Assembly (NCBI GenBank): GCA_054600435.1
Contig: BAAIJX010000002.1
Location: forward strand, 744,001-808,000
Length of the DNA stretch: 64,000 bases
Source: Neophaeotheca triangularis
Taxonomy: Eukaryota
Direction of reading: 5' to 3'
The notes below the pieces were generated by a model. It saw nothing but the letters and a program-made list of their open reading frames with translations, did not search any database and had not been told where the DNA came from. A program made the position numbers and the translations under genes. Positions 1 to 11,431 of the stretch are shown here, piece after piece (the stretch's first letter is position 1; each line of letters opens with the position of its first letter).

Positions 1-437
1 AGTGGTAAGAGGTAGATTACAAAGGGGGAAGCCTCAACGAGAAAACATCTCAGCTAGCAAGCCGGCCATCCATTCACCCATTCACACTCCCATCCATACC
101 TGCTTATCCGAACGAGCAACCCTAATCTAGCCTGGCTATTGGCACATTCCGAAGGAACAAAAAAACAGAGCAAGCACTTTTCCCGCGAACCCTCCTGTCT
201 TCTCTTCTCTGCAGCATCGGTCTTTTAAGCGAAACAAAATTCATCCTCTTACTGTACTGTACTGTTACAAGCCTCCACAACATCACGACCCTAGCAATCC
301 TATCCTTACCGCTTCTTTAGCCAAACTCCACATCAACCTACACAGCTCTACACAGCTCAACTAGCCCTTAGCAAACTCTCTCACACACACACACCTTAGT
401 CCTCTCCCTCAAACCCCAAACACTCAAACGCTTAAAT

Positions 438-2370
438 CTAAGCAACGCCTTGCTGCCCACCCCTCCCTCTCCCAGCGCCAGAACCCCCTCTCGCACCGCC
501 ACGGCCACCGTATCCCCCGCGACCGCCCCCAGGCGCACCGCCCGAGGCACCACCCCTCCCACCACCACGGCCGCCAGCATACCCACCAGCACCACTGCCA
601 CCACGAGGCGTGTAAGCCGCACGCCCAGGCTGAATGCGACGCTCTTCGACATAGAATTTGTCGTCACCCACCTTGTGCGGGTTAGCGGCGACAGCGGCGC
701 GGTAGCCATCTTGGGAGCGGAAATTGACGAAAGCGCAGTTCTTGAAACGAAGAGATTAGTCAATGGAGTTCGAATGCATTGTTAGCGTGAACGTCTTACC
801 TTCGCGCGCGCAACGTCAAAGTACTCGAGCTCGCCAAACTTCTCCAGCACTTTCCTCAGTTCAGCGGGATCGACGTTCTCGTGAACGTTTTTGATGTATC
901 CCCTGTTTTGCTGCTGCTCTTGCTGAGGTGCTTGCTGTTTGGATTGAGAGCGGTTGTGGCTGCCACCTACGGCTGTCCATTCATCTTGACCGCTCGTGGC
1001 GGGGGAGTCGGCGCGCTGAGCGGCAGGGGCTGCGGGTGTTGGTGTGGTAGCCGAGGTCTGGGTTTGCGAGGACTGCTTGGCGGAGGGAGGAGTTGGGCGG
1101 GATTGTTGCTGCGATTGTTGCGGGGGAGTCGAGGTGGTGGAGGAAGGAGCGGCGGGTGCGGTTGTCTTGTGGGCGGCGGCAGCGAGGTTAGCCCAGGTCT
1201 TTGGCATGGCCGGCTTAGGAGGAGCGGCTGGTTGAGCGGGTTGCTGCTTTGGTGGGGAGGCGGCGGGGGTGGGCTCGGGGTCCTTGGGCTTTTCGGCCTC
1301 GGGGACCTCGTGAGTGACTGATGGTGCGCTCTCTGTGGCAGCTGGTGTGGGCTGAGAAGCGACAATTGCCTCTTCAGTCTTCTCTTCATCCTTGGCAGGC
1401 GCAGCCACGCCGTTGACTGCAGCAGGAACCTCCTGGTCAGCCTGCTTGGTGTCGTCCTTGAGGATCTTGTCCTCGAGCTCTTTGTCGACCTGCTTGGCAT
1501 CATGCTCCTGCGCCTTCGGGTCGAGGGAGCTGGTTAAAGTCTTTGGCTCACTCTGCTCCACCGAAGATGGCGGCTCCTGAACCCCGCTCTCAGCGGCAGG
1601 GACCTGCTGGACTTCCTCAGCTGTTGTGGTTGAGGCAGCAGCCTGCTCTTGCGGAACCTCCCGCTCATCCTCTTCCTCGATGATGTAGCGAAAGATATCG
1701 TTGAGGACGAAGTAACCGTTGTTCTGCGGTGCGAGGACGAAGGTCTGGGTGAACTTCTTGTGGGGCTGCGACTTGTTCGAGATTTCACCGATGACTTGGA
1801 TGACGATGTTGGCGTCCGAGGCTTGCGAGTCAACGTTGGTGACGCGCACTTTGCAGTCCTGGAAGTCGAGCTCCTTTATCCTATCGTTGATTGCCTTTGC
1901 AATTGTTAGTTCCTTGCTCATCGCTGAGTGAGGGTGGTGACGACTCCACAAACCCTTTGACCGATGCAGACTGCGACCTTGTCGGTTTCCTGACCGGAGA
2001 CGAACTGCGAACGCTTGTTGTAGAAGAGCTGCCAACGTATCAGTACCTATTGTGTCTCATCATCCAGGTCTAATCCTCGACTCACGTAGAGTTTCTCGGG
2101 GCTGCGGCTGAGAGTGGTGTAGTACTGCTCGACAAAGTACCAGCCAACTTCATCCTTTGGTATCTCAGCTTGCGCATCAGACGGGCCGGAAGTGGACGAA
2201 GAAGGGGTGGCTTGGGCGGTAGACGGGGGTGGCTGGGCGGCGCCAGTGTTAGGAGCGGCGCCGTACCCAAAGTTGTTCTGCTGGGCGGCGGCTTGGTGGT
2301 CGATGTTGCCGTAGCCCTGGTGGGGGGCGTAGTTGCCATTGACTGGCATCGAGCCCACTTCAGCTGCCAT
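438..2370 (-). CDS. NTF2-domain + RRM + RGG protein (G3BP / Nxt3 / Bre5 family); 4 exons: 2370-2086, 2028-1954, 1894-800, 740-438
   Basis: The spliced translation gives an NTF2 fold (EVGWYFVEQYYTTLSRSPEKLYLFYNKRSQFVSG...KKFTQTFVLAPQNNGYFVLNDIFRY), an acidic/Pro-rich linker, an RRM (GYIKNVHENV...FGELEYFDVARAKNCAFVNF) and an RGG tail. All introns have GT donors and CTRAY branch sites, and splicing restores the frame. Confidence 0.93.
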
Positions 2371-3215
2371 GATGAAGGTTTCCGGGGGTTCGAATGGAGA
2401 GGGGGTTTGGTCGTTTGAAGCGGGATGTGTTTGGTGATGTATGGGAGGGCTTCAGGTGTGCGGGTCTAGCCTGTATTGAAGACTGATTAGCGCGTGGTGG
2501 GAGGTGGAGTGAAGATGAACCAGAGGTACATACGAATGGCCAGATGTCCGCAAGGTCTGGATATGAGCTCGAATAGCTGTTTTCGGATGCGCGGCGCGAT
2601 GGGAGCGGCGGCAGAAGGGAGAGTCGAGGGATGTATGGAAGTAGCGAATCGCTGTAAGTTTTGGGAATAGGAAGAGGCGACGGCGAGATTGGTGGAGGTG
2701 TATGTGATGAGGAGTGGAGGTGGGAGTCGGTGGTGGTAGTGGTGGTGGTAGCGGTGGTGGTGGTTGTAGTGTTAGTATTGGGCCAGCGTTCCGAGCAACG
2801 TTTCTGGCCGTCGGTGGTGGTCGTTCTTCAAATTTGGCCGCTGCCGCTGAAAGCTTCTTAGCGTGACGATCTCCGCTTTTACCAGACCGAAGCACGTGCC
2901 ACTTTCTACTGAAGCATCCGAACTGTAGCAAAATGATAGGAATATAATAGAAGCGTTGATATGGCGTATAAGTGAGAGAGGTAAATTTGAAGAGAGCTTC
3001 AGTAAAAAAGCTACAAACGAGCCTAGAAAAGCTGCAAAGTGGTATATAGCCCCCAACGCCGCATCATGCATGTCTTCGCTCGAAATCTCCATCGAACACC
3101 GTCTTTCAGTCTCGTCTCAGCCGTATGCTCGCAACAAAGAGCCACAAATCACACGTACCTGGCAGCAAACAACCCTTGCCCAGCCTCTTTCAGGTCAAGT
3201 CTCAGCACTGAGTTC

Positions 3216-5705
3216 TCAAACCCCAAGCACCTCCCCAACCAACCCGCCAACCCACCTCCACCCCTCCCCAACCCACTCAACCCAGTCATCTCCCTTCATC
3301 CCCGGCGCCGGAACGGCCGGCACAACACTAATCATCCCTCCTCCATTCCCAAACCCCAGCCCATCCTGCACCTCAGCCCAATTCCTCGAAACCCAATAGA
3401 GCAAAGGCCCAAGCACCGCCAACCCGGAAGCGAGCTTGAGAGCCCAGAAACCGGTGCGACGGAAAGAGCGGAGCAGGGACTGCAAATTGTGGGATTCCAG
3501 GGGGCCGAGGAGAGAGATGTCGCCGCCGAGGTGGCCAGCTGCGGGGCGTGGGGTAAGAGCGGTTTCGGGTTTTTCGGGGCTGGTGTCGTGTTTGGTGGAT
3601 CCTTGGGAGTGGTAGGGGTTGTAGTAGTCGCGGTAGCGGGCGCGGTCGGCGAGGACGCCGCGCTGTAGGTCTTGGGCCCATTTTGCTGTGTGTAGAATTT
3701 GTTCGCCTGGGGGATAGGTGCGGGAGTTGTAGTGGGCGAGGGCGGTGGTGGGGTCAGGTGAGTGTGGACGGGAGGAGGAAATGGAGCGGTAGAAGCTCGA
3801 GTCGCTGTGCGGGACGAGGACTTTACTTGGGTCAGGAAGGTCGTGATCTGAAGAGGGAAAGACTGATGATTGATTGGCCATATTGAGATCACGGTTGTAG
3901 GATCTGATTGTCGTTGATGCATGCTTTGACAGCATGTGGAGATTCTCCCGACGCCATGATACCAACTTCTTCGCGCTCGAGTGCCGCAAGCGAGCAATGT
4001 TGACGGGGTCGAAAAGCCACGCGATCATAGTCTGCAGATCGCTCGTGACGAGTGGTTGTACGTACTGCGAAGACATTAACGTGCTCGCATCCATGGTGTC
4101 AGTGTCGTTGCTAAGCGCGGAAGAGACGGCCAAAGGCTCGACGTCCATGATTCGACGCCACGACTCCACCTCGTCGCCTTCCTGCGCTTCTTGGAAAGTC
4201 CGGCGCTCGAAAGTCGGAATTTCTGCTGCCTGAAGCAACTCCACAACATTCCTCTTGCGGTACACAACCTCGTGTTTCGAAGTAATCTCATCGGCACGTG
4301 CGATGACAGGGACGAGATTTGTCCATTTGCTGAGATGTCGCAAGAGGCCCTCTTCCGCAGGCTCGAGGCTGCTCTCGTGAGCGGGTCCGAAAAGGTATAG
4401 TACTGCGTCCACCTGCACGCCACCTTCGCCAGAAAGTAAACCCAAGATTTCTGTTTCGCTCATCGTGTCCAAGTCCACGCTTCGCCTAAGCATCCTTTGC
4501 ATGTACGAGACCAGCGGCTGAACGCTCTCATCGCTGTCGACGCCAGGGGTGTCGACAAAACACAGATTCCGATCCAAAGCGCCTTCAACCACACTCTTTC
4601 TCCTCATAGAGCTCTGACTTTTCTCCATCTCGCTCCACCAAACAGGATACGGCTTAGTAGAAGCGGTGATCTCTGTAATTCTCTTGGTAGCCTCTAGCTG
4701 GGTTTCGCTGCTTCTCATAGACTGACCCAGCGAGCTGTCCGGGACGTGGTCAACGTGCACGACGTCCTCGCAAGTCCGCAGCACACTGTTAATGAAACTG
4801 GTCTTGCCGACACCGGCTGGCCCAATGACCATAACCTTCAGCCTGCCCATGCTCTTTCCGCAATCGGTGAAAGGCCTTCGTGCCGGCATAGTGATACTCG
4901 GCATTACAAGCTGCGGCATTGAGCACTCTCCCCTGGTGACTCGGGGCTCGTACTCGTCCTCGTCACTGCTCGACGCCACCGCTTGACTGCCTGTCTCGTC
5001 CTTCACGCTCATCTCTTCGTCGCTCAACCTGAAAGATTTGGGAGAGCCGGAACGTGGTGTTCCCGGTAATCCTCCAGACTCGGGGTGAGGGCTCAGCCGC
5101 AGCGGCGTAAGTGGTTGACTCATGTTTACGCTGCTGGCCGCAGAATCTCGTCTCAAGTGGCCTCGAAACGGCGACTCGCTAGATCGATACGAGACAGGTG
5201 ATGCTGTAGGCGATGTCCGGGTTGAAGGTAGCTCGGAGGATATTATTCGTTGACCCGCTGCCTGGATCTTAGGGTGCACAGGGTTTCCGGCCTTTCGCTT
5301 TCGACTATTCGGCTTGAGACCTTCTGCGCCAGCTTCAGTTTCGTGCGAGCTTGAGAGGTTACTGTCAGTCCTTGATAAGCTACTCTCTTCGGACGCATCG
5401 AAAGCGGAGCCGATGGCTTCCTCGAGGCTTTCAACGCCGAAATTGCTGTCTGCCATGCTGCTCGACTGAGTTGTCATTTGTGTTCGTTGACTCCCGTCAA
5501 ATGTGCTACCGCCACTGCAACTCTTTGACTCTTTCGATAGCTTTCGACCTCGAAGCTGTCCGTTCCTCAACTCCTCCATATCCTTGTCGTTTCTTAGGAA
5601 GAATGTCGTAGGTCCGGAATGCCCAGGATTCGTGACGGAAGGAGGATTCGGGGTAGGCTTCTTAGCTTTGACGGTTGGAGCATTAAAGCTCTGTTGTACA
5701 CTCAT
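3216..5705 (-). CDS. Septin-like P-loop GTPase-domain protein with disordered N-terminus and C-terminal hydrophobic segment
   Basis: 829-aa single ORF with G1 GPAGVGKTS, G3 FVDTPG, VDAVLYLF and septin-like G4 NLVPVIARADE. A hydrophobic stretch GFWALKLASGLAVLGPLLYWV lies near the C-terminus. Confidence 0.8.
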   Translation of the reverse strand: MSVQQSFNAPTVKAKKPTPNPPSVTNPGHSGPTTFFLRNDKDMEELRNGQLRGRKLSKESKSCSGGSTFDGSQRTQMTTQSSSMADSNFGVESLEEAIGSAFDASEESSLSRTDSNLSSSHETEAGAEGLKPNSRKRKAGNPVHPKIQAAGQRIISSELPSTRTSPTASPVSYRSSESPFRGHLRRDSAASSVNMSQPLTPLRLSPHPESGGLPGTPRSGSPKSFRLSDEEMSVKDETGSQAVASSSDEDEYEPRVTRGECSMPQLVMPSITMPARRPFTDCGKSMGRLKVMVIGPAGVGKTSFINSVLRTCEDVVHVDHVPDSSLGQSMRSSETQLEATKRITEITASTKPYPVWWSEMEKSQSSMRRKSVVEGALDRNLCFVDTPGVDSDESVQPLVSYMQRMLRRSVDLDTMSETEILGLLSGEGGVQVDAVLYLFGPAHESSLEPAEEGLLRHLSKWTNLVPVIARADEITSKHEVVYRKRNVVELLQAAEIPTFERRTFQEAQEGDEVESWRRIMDVEPLAVSSALSNDTDTMDASTLMSSQYVQPLVTSDLQTMIAWLFDPVNIARLRHSSAKKLVSWRRENLHMLSKHASTTIRSYNRDLNMANQSSVFPSSDHDLPDPSKVLVPHSDSSFYRSISSSRPHSPDPTTALAHYNSRTYPPGEQILHTAKWAQDLQRGVLADRARYRDYYNPYHSQGSTKHDTSPEKPETALTPRPAAGHLGGDISLLGPLESHNLQSLLRSFRRTGFWALKLASGLAVLGPLLYWVSRNWAEVQDGLGFGNGGGMISVVPAVPAPGMKGDDWVEWVGEGWRWVGGLVGEVLGV

Positions 5706-6986
5706 CGTGGGCTATATCATGCTTCTCAACAGGTTCACATGCGGTATAAATAAGATGTAGAGGTGTATCGGTGGTTCTCCTTGCTGAGCGTAGCCTTGGG
5801 CTGAGCTGCGATAAGCGTAGGATTCGGCCGATAAGGCTCCTGATCACGTCTTGAAAGAGGCGTCTCTTCTTCACTCCAGAAGACACCGTGACCGTTCACA
5901 GGAGTACTGACAGTAGTAAGGGAGATCAGTAAGGAGGTAGTGAGATGTTGTTGGTGCCTGCAGGTGAGACAAGACGGGGTGATGTTGACATCAGCATGCC
6001 TCCCGTGGGGTAGCCCGATAGCGGGCGTGGGGTCAGCTCCAGCCTCGGTCACAAGACAAGACTTGGAACCTGAAAGACAAGACAACGTCGATAACTTCAT
6101 CAAAAGCTGTAGGTCACTATCAAGGTCAACAGGCACTCGAGGGCTCGATAGTGTTGTTGCATGAGCATCGTTTCGGGGCGGACTATCGTCGTCACCTTTC
6201 GGGACTCTACAGCACGAACGTTACAGTACGGAGGTACTAGTAGCTCCATCTTCTTCAGACAACGCACATCTAGCTAACCGAATTGGACTTTAATTCACAG
6301 TGCCGTTCTTTCCAGTCTGTTACCCTAAGCCGGCCGGTGTTGCTCTTCTACCTAATCAAATTCCCGGCCGTATACCGCGTAACGAAGGTATTACCATTCA
6401 AGACAAGTCCCATGGACGACGAACGTGGACGAATCAGCTGAGATCTCTTATTCGCCTAGGAATTCGCGCTGAAAACCATACACAGAACGCTTGAACGTGC
6501 CGCGTTACAGATTGTCATAACAAGCAACATTTACCTACAGGAAAGTAAAAAACATAAAATTAAAAATAGGAGCATAAGTTTAACTACGATATTAAGAGTT
6601 GAGCCTAGTGCCTATCGGTGCTCCGCTCTCTAATTAGGAGGAGTAAGAGCGACAGATATTGCAGTACATTACATTAGACCTTTCCCTACAATAGCATCGT
6701 GACTTCTAGTAGTACCCTAAACCACCTAAGACGCCTGGTAATAAGCGAAAAACATGTCGAGATCTTTGTAGCCCGCTAAATTGCAGCGTGAGGTGTTTTT
6801 CAAGCTAATGGTCGAAAGTCGGGGTGGTCATTTCGAGAGCTAGGTAGTCGGACAGTCATCTTCGCCCATGCTGAAATTCGCCCCAAAAAAAAAAAAGTTA
6901 TGCTTCTCGAGTGGAAGAAGGCACACTATTGTAAGAATATGTTGGGAAAGTCAGGAAAAAAAATTGCGTGCATCTACAATTTAATG

Positions 6987-7058
6987 CTCCGGTACTGGGA
7001 ATCGAACCCAGGCCACCCCGGTGAGAGCGGGATATCCTAACCACTAGACTATACCGGA
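6987..7058 (-). tRNA. tRNA-Glu (anticodon CTC), intronless
   Basis: The reverse complement is TCCGGTATAGTCTAGTGGTTAGGATATCCCGCTCTCACCGGGGTGGCCTGGGTTCGATTCCCAGTACCGGAG (72 nt). It has acceptor stem TCCGGTA/TACCGGA, anticodon arm TCCCG-CT-CTC-AC-CGGGG, T-loop GTTCGATTC and a downstream T-run on the minus strand. Confidence 0.96.
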
Positions 7059-9170
7059 TATTGTTAAACTCAAATTGACATTGTGCAATATAATCATTGC
7101 GTTGCTTCTCGCTAGCGCTTGGCCTAGTAAGACCTAAACCAGCAGTCGAGCCCCCATCCGAGAGACAACAAAACGTGCGCTAAGAAGTGGACACGCCTCT
7201 AGTGATGCTAACAGCATGCACTGCCTACTCGCTGAGGCTACGGGAGTTGTAGCAAGACTTGTAAACGGTAAGGATGCTGGATCTGCCGCGTGATTTCGTC
7301 TACCTCTACGGTTCATCAAACAAGAGATAGCTCGATGACTGTGCTTATTGCCCTCATAGAAGACGGGCAGAAAAGGCGAACGGCTCCAAGTATTAGGGGC
7401 GCCTCAAATCGACGGCTTTACGGAGTCGAAGTTTAGACCGAGTAAACGGACTGACCGGCTCGACGAGTCGCCGGCACATCGAGTTCTCAGTTGTGGTCTA
7501 TAGACTCCATCGGGCTCTCATCATGCGCAATGTGTGTGTTCCTGCTGAAGCGAGCTGCAACCCTCTCAAGCGAGACGCAAAATACTGCAACAGGTGTTGG
7601 CGGAAACGATTGGCGGTGGAGAATGCCCAGCACATGGTTCGTTGACGAAGAAGTTGGGTGAGGCATGAAGAAGGCAATCGCGCTATACGCGTTCGGATCA
7701 CGTTCAACGCCGCGAAGGGTACATATATCCGTTATATTATTGTCGTGGCGGGAGATGGACTTGGCCTTCTCAACGCGGCATATCATTCAGTCGCAACGCT
7801 CGCCCTACAAACCCTCTTGCTGAGACGCCCGTCGACACATCCCGATATCGCGCAGGTTTTCCTGTGCTGTAGTGTCGGAGATTAAGCACAGTCAGCCCTA
7901 CAAAGGAAGTTCCTGGCGGCGAGCAAGTATTTTATTCAGTGCGATTATTCAGTCGCGACATCTTTTTTGTCATTTGAACAGTCAGGACTCAGCCGCTATC
8001 AGTACCGTCGGAATCCGATACTTCGGCGAGGCCCGCCTTTTGAGATGAATCATGCTTAAACATTCTGTCAAGAGCTGTCCGCTGGTCATGCTCATCATTG
8101 CTGACTTCGCACGTATAACGTTGGGGGTGAAAATACGACCATGGATTGATATGTCTATAATCAATTTTTCTACCTAGGCATCTTTTTCTTACCCACGTTA
8201 CGCGGACGTATGGCGGGCGAGAGAGGCCGCTGGCGTGGAGGCGTGGGGTGTCTCCCACTGACCTGACTCGAGAGGTGTAGGCCCGCCCGCCGCGCTGCAT
8301 AACATGGGCAGGTTTTTCGTCCAATGACCGCGTGGTGAGATGTCTCTGTCTTGCGTTTCTAATCTGTGTCCAGCTGGACTGTGTTCTTATGGATAACTTA
8401 CGGTAGGTACTAGTAACTCACACTCGCGCTCTTATTATACACATCAGATAAATTAAACGAGTGGGGTGCGTGTACGGATGGTTTAGCAGAAGGGAAAGTT
8501 TCCTCTCCGGGCGACAAGGGGTATGCGTCTGTGTCACCGAGGTATCTCGAGGACTTCCTTAAATGCATTGCGGTTTTCTCAAAAGTAGGGCTCTCCAAGT
8601 GTTGTTGTTGGCAATATCAAATAACAATAATAGGAACAATCGTGCGGGCATAATCATAATAGGACATGGATTATCTAGTAGATGGCTCCTCCAACATACG
8701 ATCTTGTCCACGGACCATGCTTGCCCACATTAAAAGTAGCCCACATGTGCCCTGCCCCGTAAGTGCATCTGCCTGGCAAGCCGGCGGGCGCGATGATAGT
8801 GTCTCTCATCGGTCTTTACTACTGTCACTACTACCTTCAAAATGCCGTCCAAGTGCAACTGTGGTAGAAATCTAAAGCATACATCCTCTCGTGGGGTCAA
8901 GTGTCAGAGGAGCTTGTTGAAGTCCACGGTGGAAACCTTGCCGAGCTGAAGTTCGCCGGCACTGCCCCTCAAAATTAGACTCCACGCTTCAACACTATCT
9001 GTGGTCGCCCTGTCTGGGTGGTCACGGTGAAGCGGAACGACAAGTCGATAAGGCCTCGGGATTCCCCTAGCAGGCGCGACGAGCAAGGCCACCTGCGGCC
9101 GTACATTACTTCCACAAACGCGACGATAGCAACCGGGAGAGGAGCTGCGCCAGCTCTGCCTACACCTGAC

Positions 9171-11431
9171 ATGGACCCTTCGATGAATCAAACATGGTCT
9201 CAGTCCGAGCCAATGGACATGTCACAAGGCCCCAGCGACATCGACATGAGCAACTTCCTCGATCTCGACGGCGGCATCAATCTGGACGACATGCCCGACC
9301 TTGACCTTGGGAGTTTCGGGGACCTGCAGCAAGTTGGGGTAGGCTCGCAAAACACACAATTCAGCGATACTATGAGCGGGTCTCTGCCTGCTTCAGGGAC
9401 ACTGGCGCAGGACTTTGGGGGGCAAGATCAGTTTTCCATGGGTCAAAACGGGGGACAAAGCTTCATACCGCATGGAAGGTACTCAGCACCAAACACAAAT
9501 CCCTATGCGCTGCAGGGGTCACACCAATCTATAATGCAACAATACCCCCAGCAGCCTCTCCAGCAGCACCAGCCTCACTTTGGCTACAATCACGGTTCCC
9601 ATGTGCCTCCTACCCCGAACAGCTTCGAGATGCACGGCGAAGTCGGTCGCTTCACGAACAAACAACAGTTTGACACATCACAGGGGGGAATGTTCGATCA
9701 GCGGTATCAAGTGGGACCCGACGATGCTTTCCCTTGGACACCACTCGCATCCCCGGCCGGCACTCCACACTTCAACATTCAGCCCGACTTCACGACACCG
9801 GCTTCGTTCTCGCCTTTGAACTCGCCGATGCTACATGGCCAACATTACACGCAACAACAGCAGCTGTGGACGGCATACCACACAAACCCAAGTACCGCCC
9901 CGAGCTCTGTTGCGCCATCGCCAGCAAATGGAGATGTTGATATGCTTGGAGATGTCGAGGCGCTACCTGAAGCCGCAAAAGGGCCTGCCAAGCGAACCAG
10001 AAGGAAGACAGGAACAGCCAAATCGTCAGGAACCAGCACGAGAGCCAAGCCGAGTCCAATTCAGAAGCCGAAGAAGCGCAAATCGGTTTCGCTGGCAACT
10101 TTGGGTCCGGCGGCGGAGACGAGCGTGTCCAGGTCGAGTGCGCAATCTGAGAAAGATATTCCCATCTCCACCAGTCTCAAGCCAACCTCTGCGTCCGGCT
10201 TGTCCAACTCTGAGCAGCCTAGCATCTCGCCTGAACCGCCCAGTGGAACTGTAATGGGACCTCCCCCGAAGCCCGGCTCTAATCTTCAGTCACCTGCTAT
10301 AGCGGCACAGAGGCAAAACTCAAGCCAGGCGCCACGTGATTCTACTGCGGCAGCGACGCCCAAATCCATACTTTCGAACAGAAGCCAACAACCTATCGAC
10401 GCCTGCGACTCGACGAGGTCTGTTGCCGAAGCCTTCAACGACGCCTCGTTAGAAGACCTAGCACTCCCTGAAGCCGCCAAAACATCGCGTCGACCGTCAC
10501 TTGGCCGTATAGTCACGGCCATACCCTCGAAAGACTCTGGAGATCAAACTCCACGCACTTCAGCTCGTAAAACACCGAAGATTGGGCCTACTAATACTCC
10601 ATCTGCTACACGGCTGTCGTCCGCTAAGACCAGCCCAGTTTTCTCTCCTTTGACCGCTAGTACGCCAAGCGTTTTGTTAAAAGACAAAAAGGATGGCAAA
10701 GGTGGCCGAAGCACGAGCAAGAAGCGAGGCAGCGAAAGCGCAGCAGGGTCGAATACAGCATCACCCGCAATACATCCCAAGATCAGCCCGTCCATTAAAC
10801 CCCTGCTTCCCGAAGGTAGTAAGTCATCTACCCACCACCCAGGATATCTCACAGACGAATCACGCAAGCAAAGTTAACCATCCCATCACCAGCCACCCTA
10901 AACTCCCCAACCCACGCCCTCCTCCTAGCGAGCAAATCCAATTACCAAAACCTGCTCGAAGGCAACCACCTCCCGGGCGTCTCCTACCCGGACCACCTCT
11001 CCTCAGGCCTAACTTCCAAACGCACTTCCCACAAAGTCGCCGAACAAGGCCGCCGCAATCGCATCAACGACGCTCTCAAGGAAATGCAAGAGCTCCTCCC
11101 CAAAGCCCACAAACTCGGCGCCAACAAAGACAGCCCCGAGACTCCTGACGCCGCGGGTGGTGCCGAGAGCAAGGAACAGACCAAGGAGCAGAAGGAGCTC
11201 GCGGATGTTAAGAGCAGTAATTCCAAGGCCGCGACTGTGGAGAGTGCGAATGAGTACATTCGGAAGTTACAGGCGGAAAATGCGGCGTTGGAGGGATTAA
11301 GGAAGGAGAATGAGGAGATGAGGAGAAGGCTGGAGGGGAGGGGTGAGGGGCCTGAGGGTGCTGTGGGAAGTGGGAGCGGAAGCGGAAGTGAAAGTGGTGG
11401 GAGGGATAGCAGTGCGGAGGCCTCCGCGTAG
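9171..11431 (+). CDS. PHO4: bHLH phosphate-acquisition transcription factor (Pho4 / NUC-1 / PalcA type); exons 9171-10818, 10893-11431
   Basis: Removing intron 10819-10892 (GTAAGT...TTAAC...CAG) gives PKISPSIKPLLPEG...ALLLASKSNYQNLLEGNHLPGVSYPDHLSSGLTSKRTSHKVAEQGRRNRINDALKEMQELLP...SKAATVESANEYIRKLQ. This is the characteristic NUC-1/PalcA pre-bHLH block plus bHLH. Confidence 0.9.

Noticed and set aside
247..265. TCTTACTGTACTGTACTGT, also present near 54994-55012
   Set aside because: A short pentamer microsatellite; independent slippage is a sufficient explanation.
2873..2887. CCGCTTTTACCAGAC resembling U5 snRNA loop 1
   Set aside because: It deviates from the invariant GCCTTTTAC and lacks the flanking stem and Sm site.
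9018..9170. In-frame GTG-opened extension upstream of the Pho4-like ATG
   Set aside because: The GTG context is poor (TCTGG-GTG) and nothing else supports translation, unlike the bZIP case.
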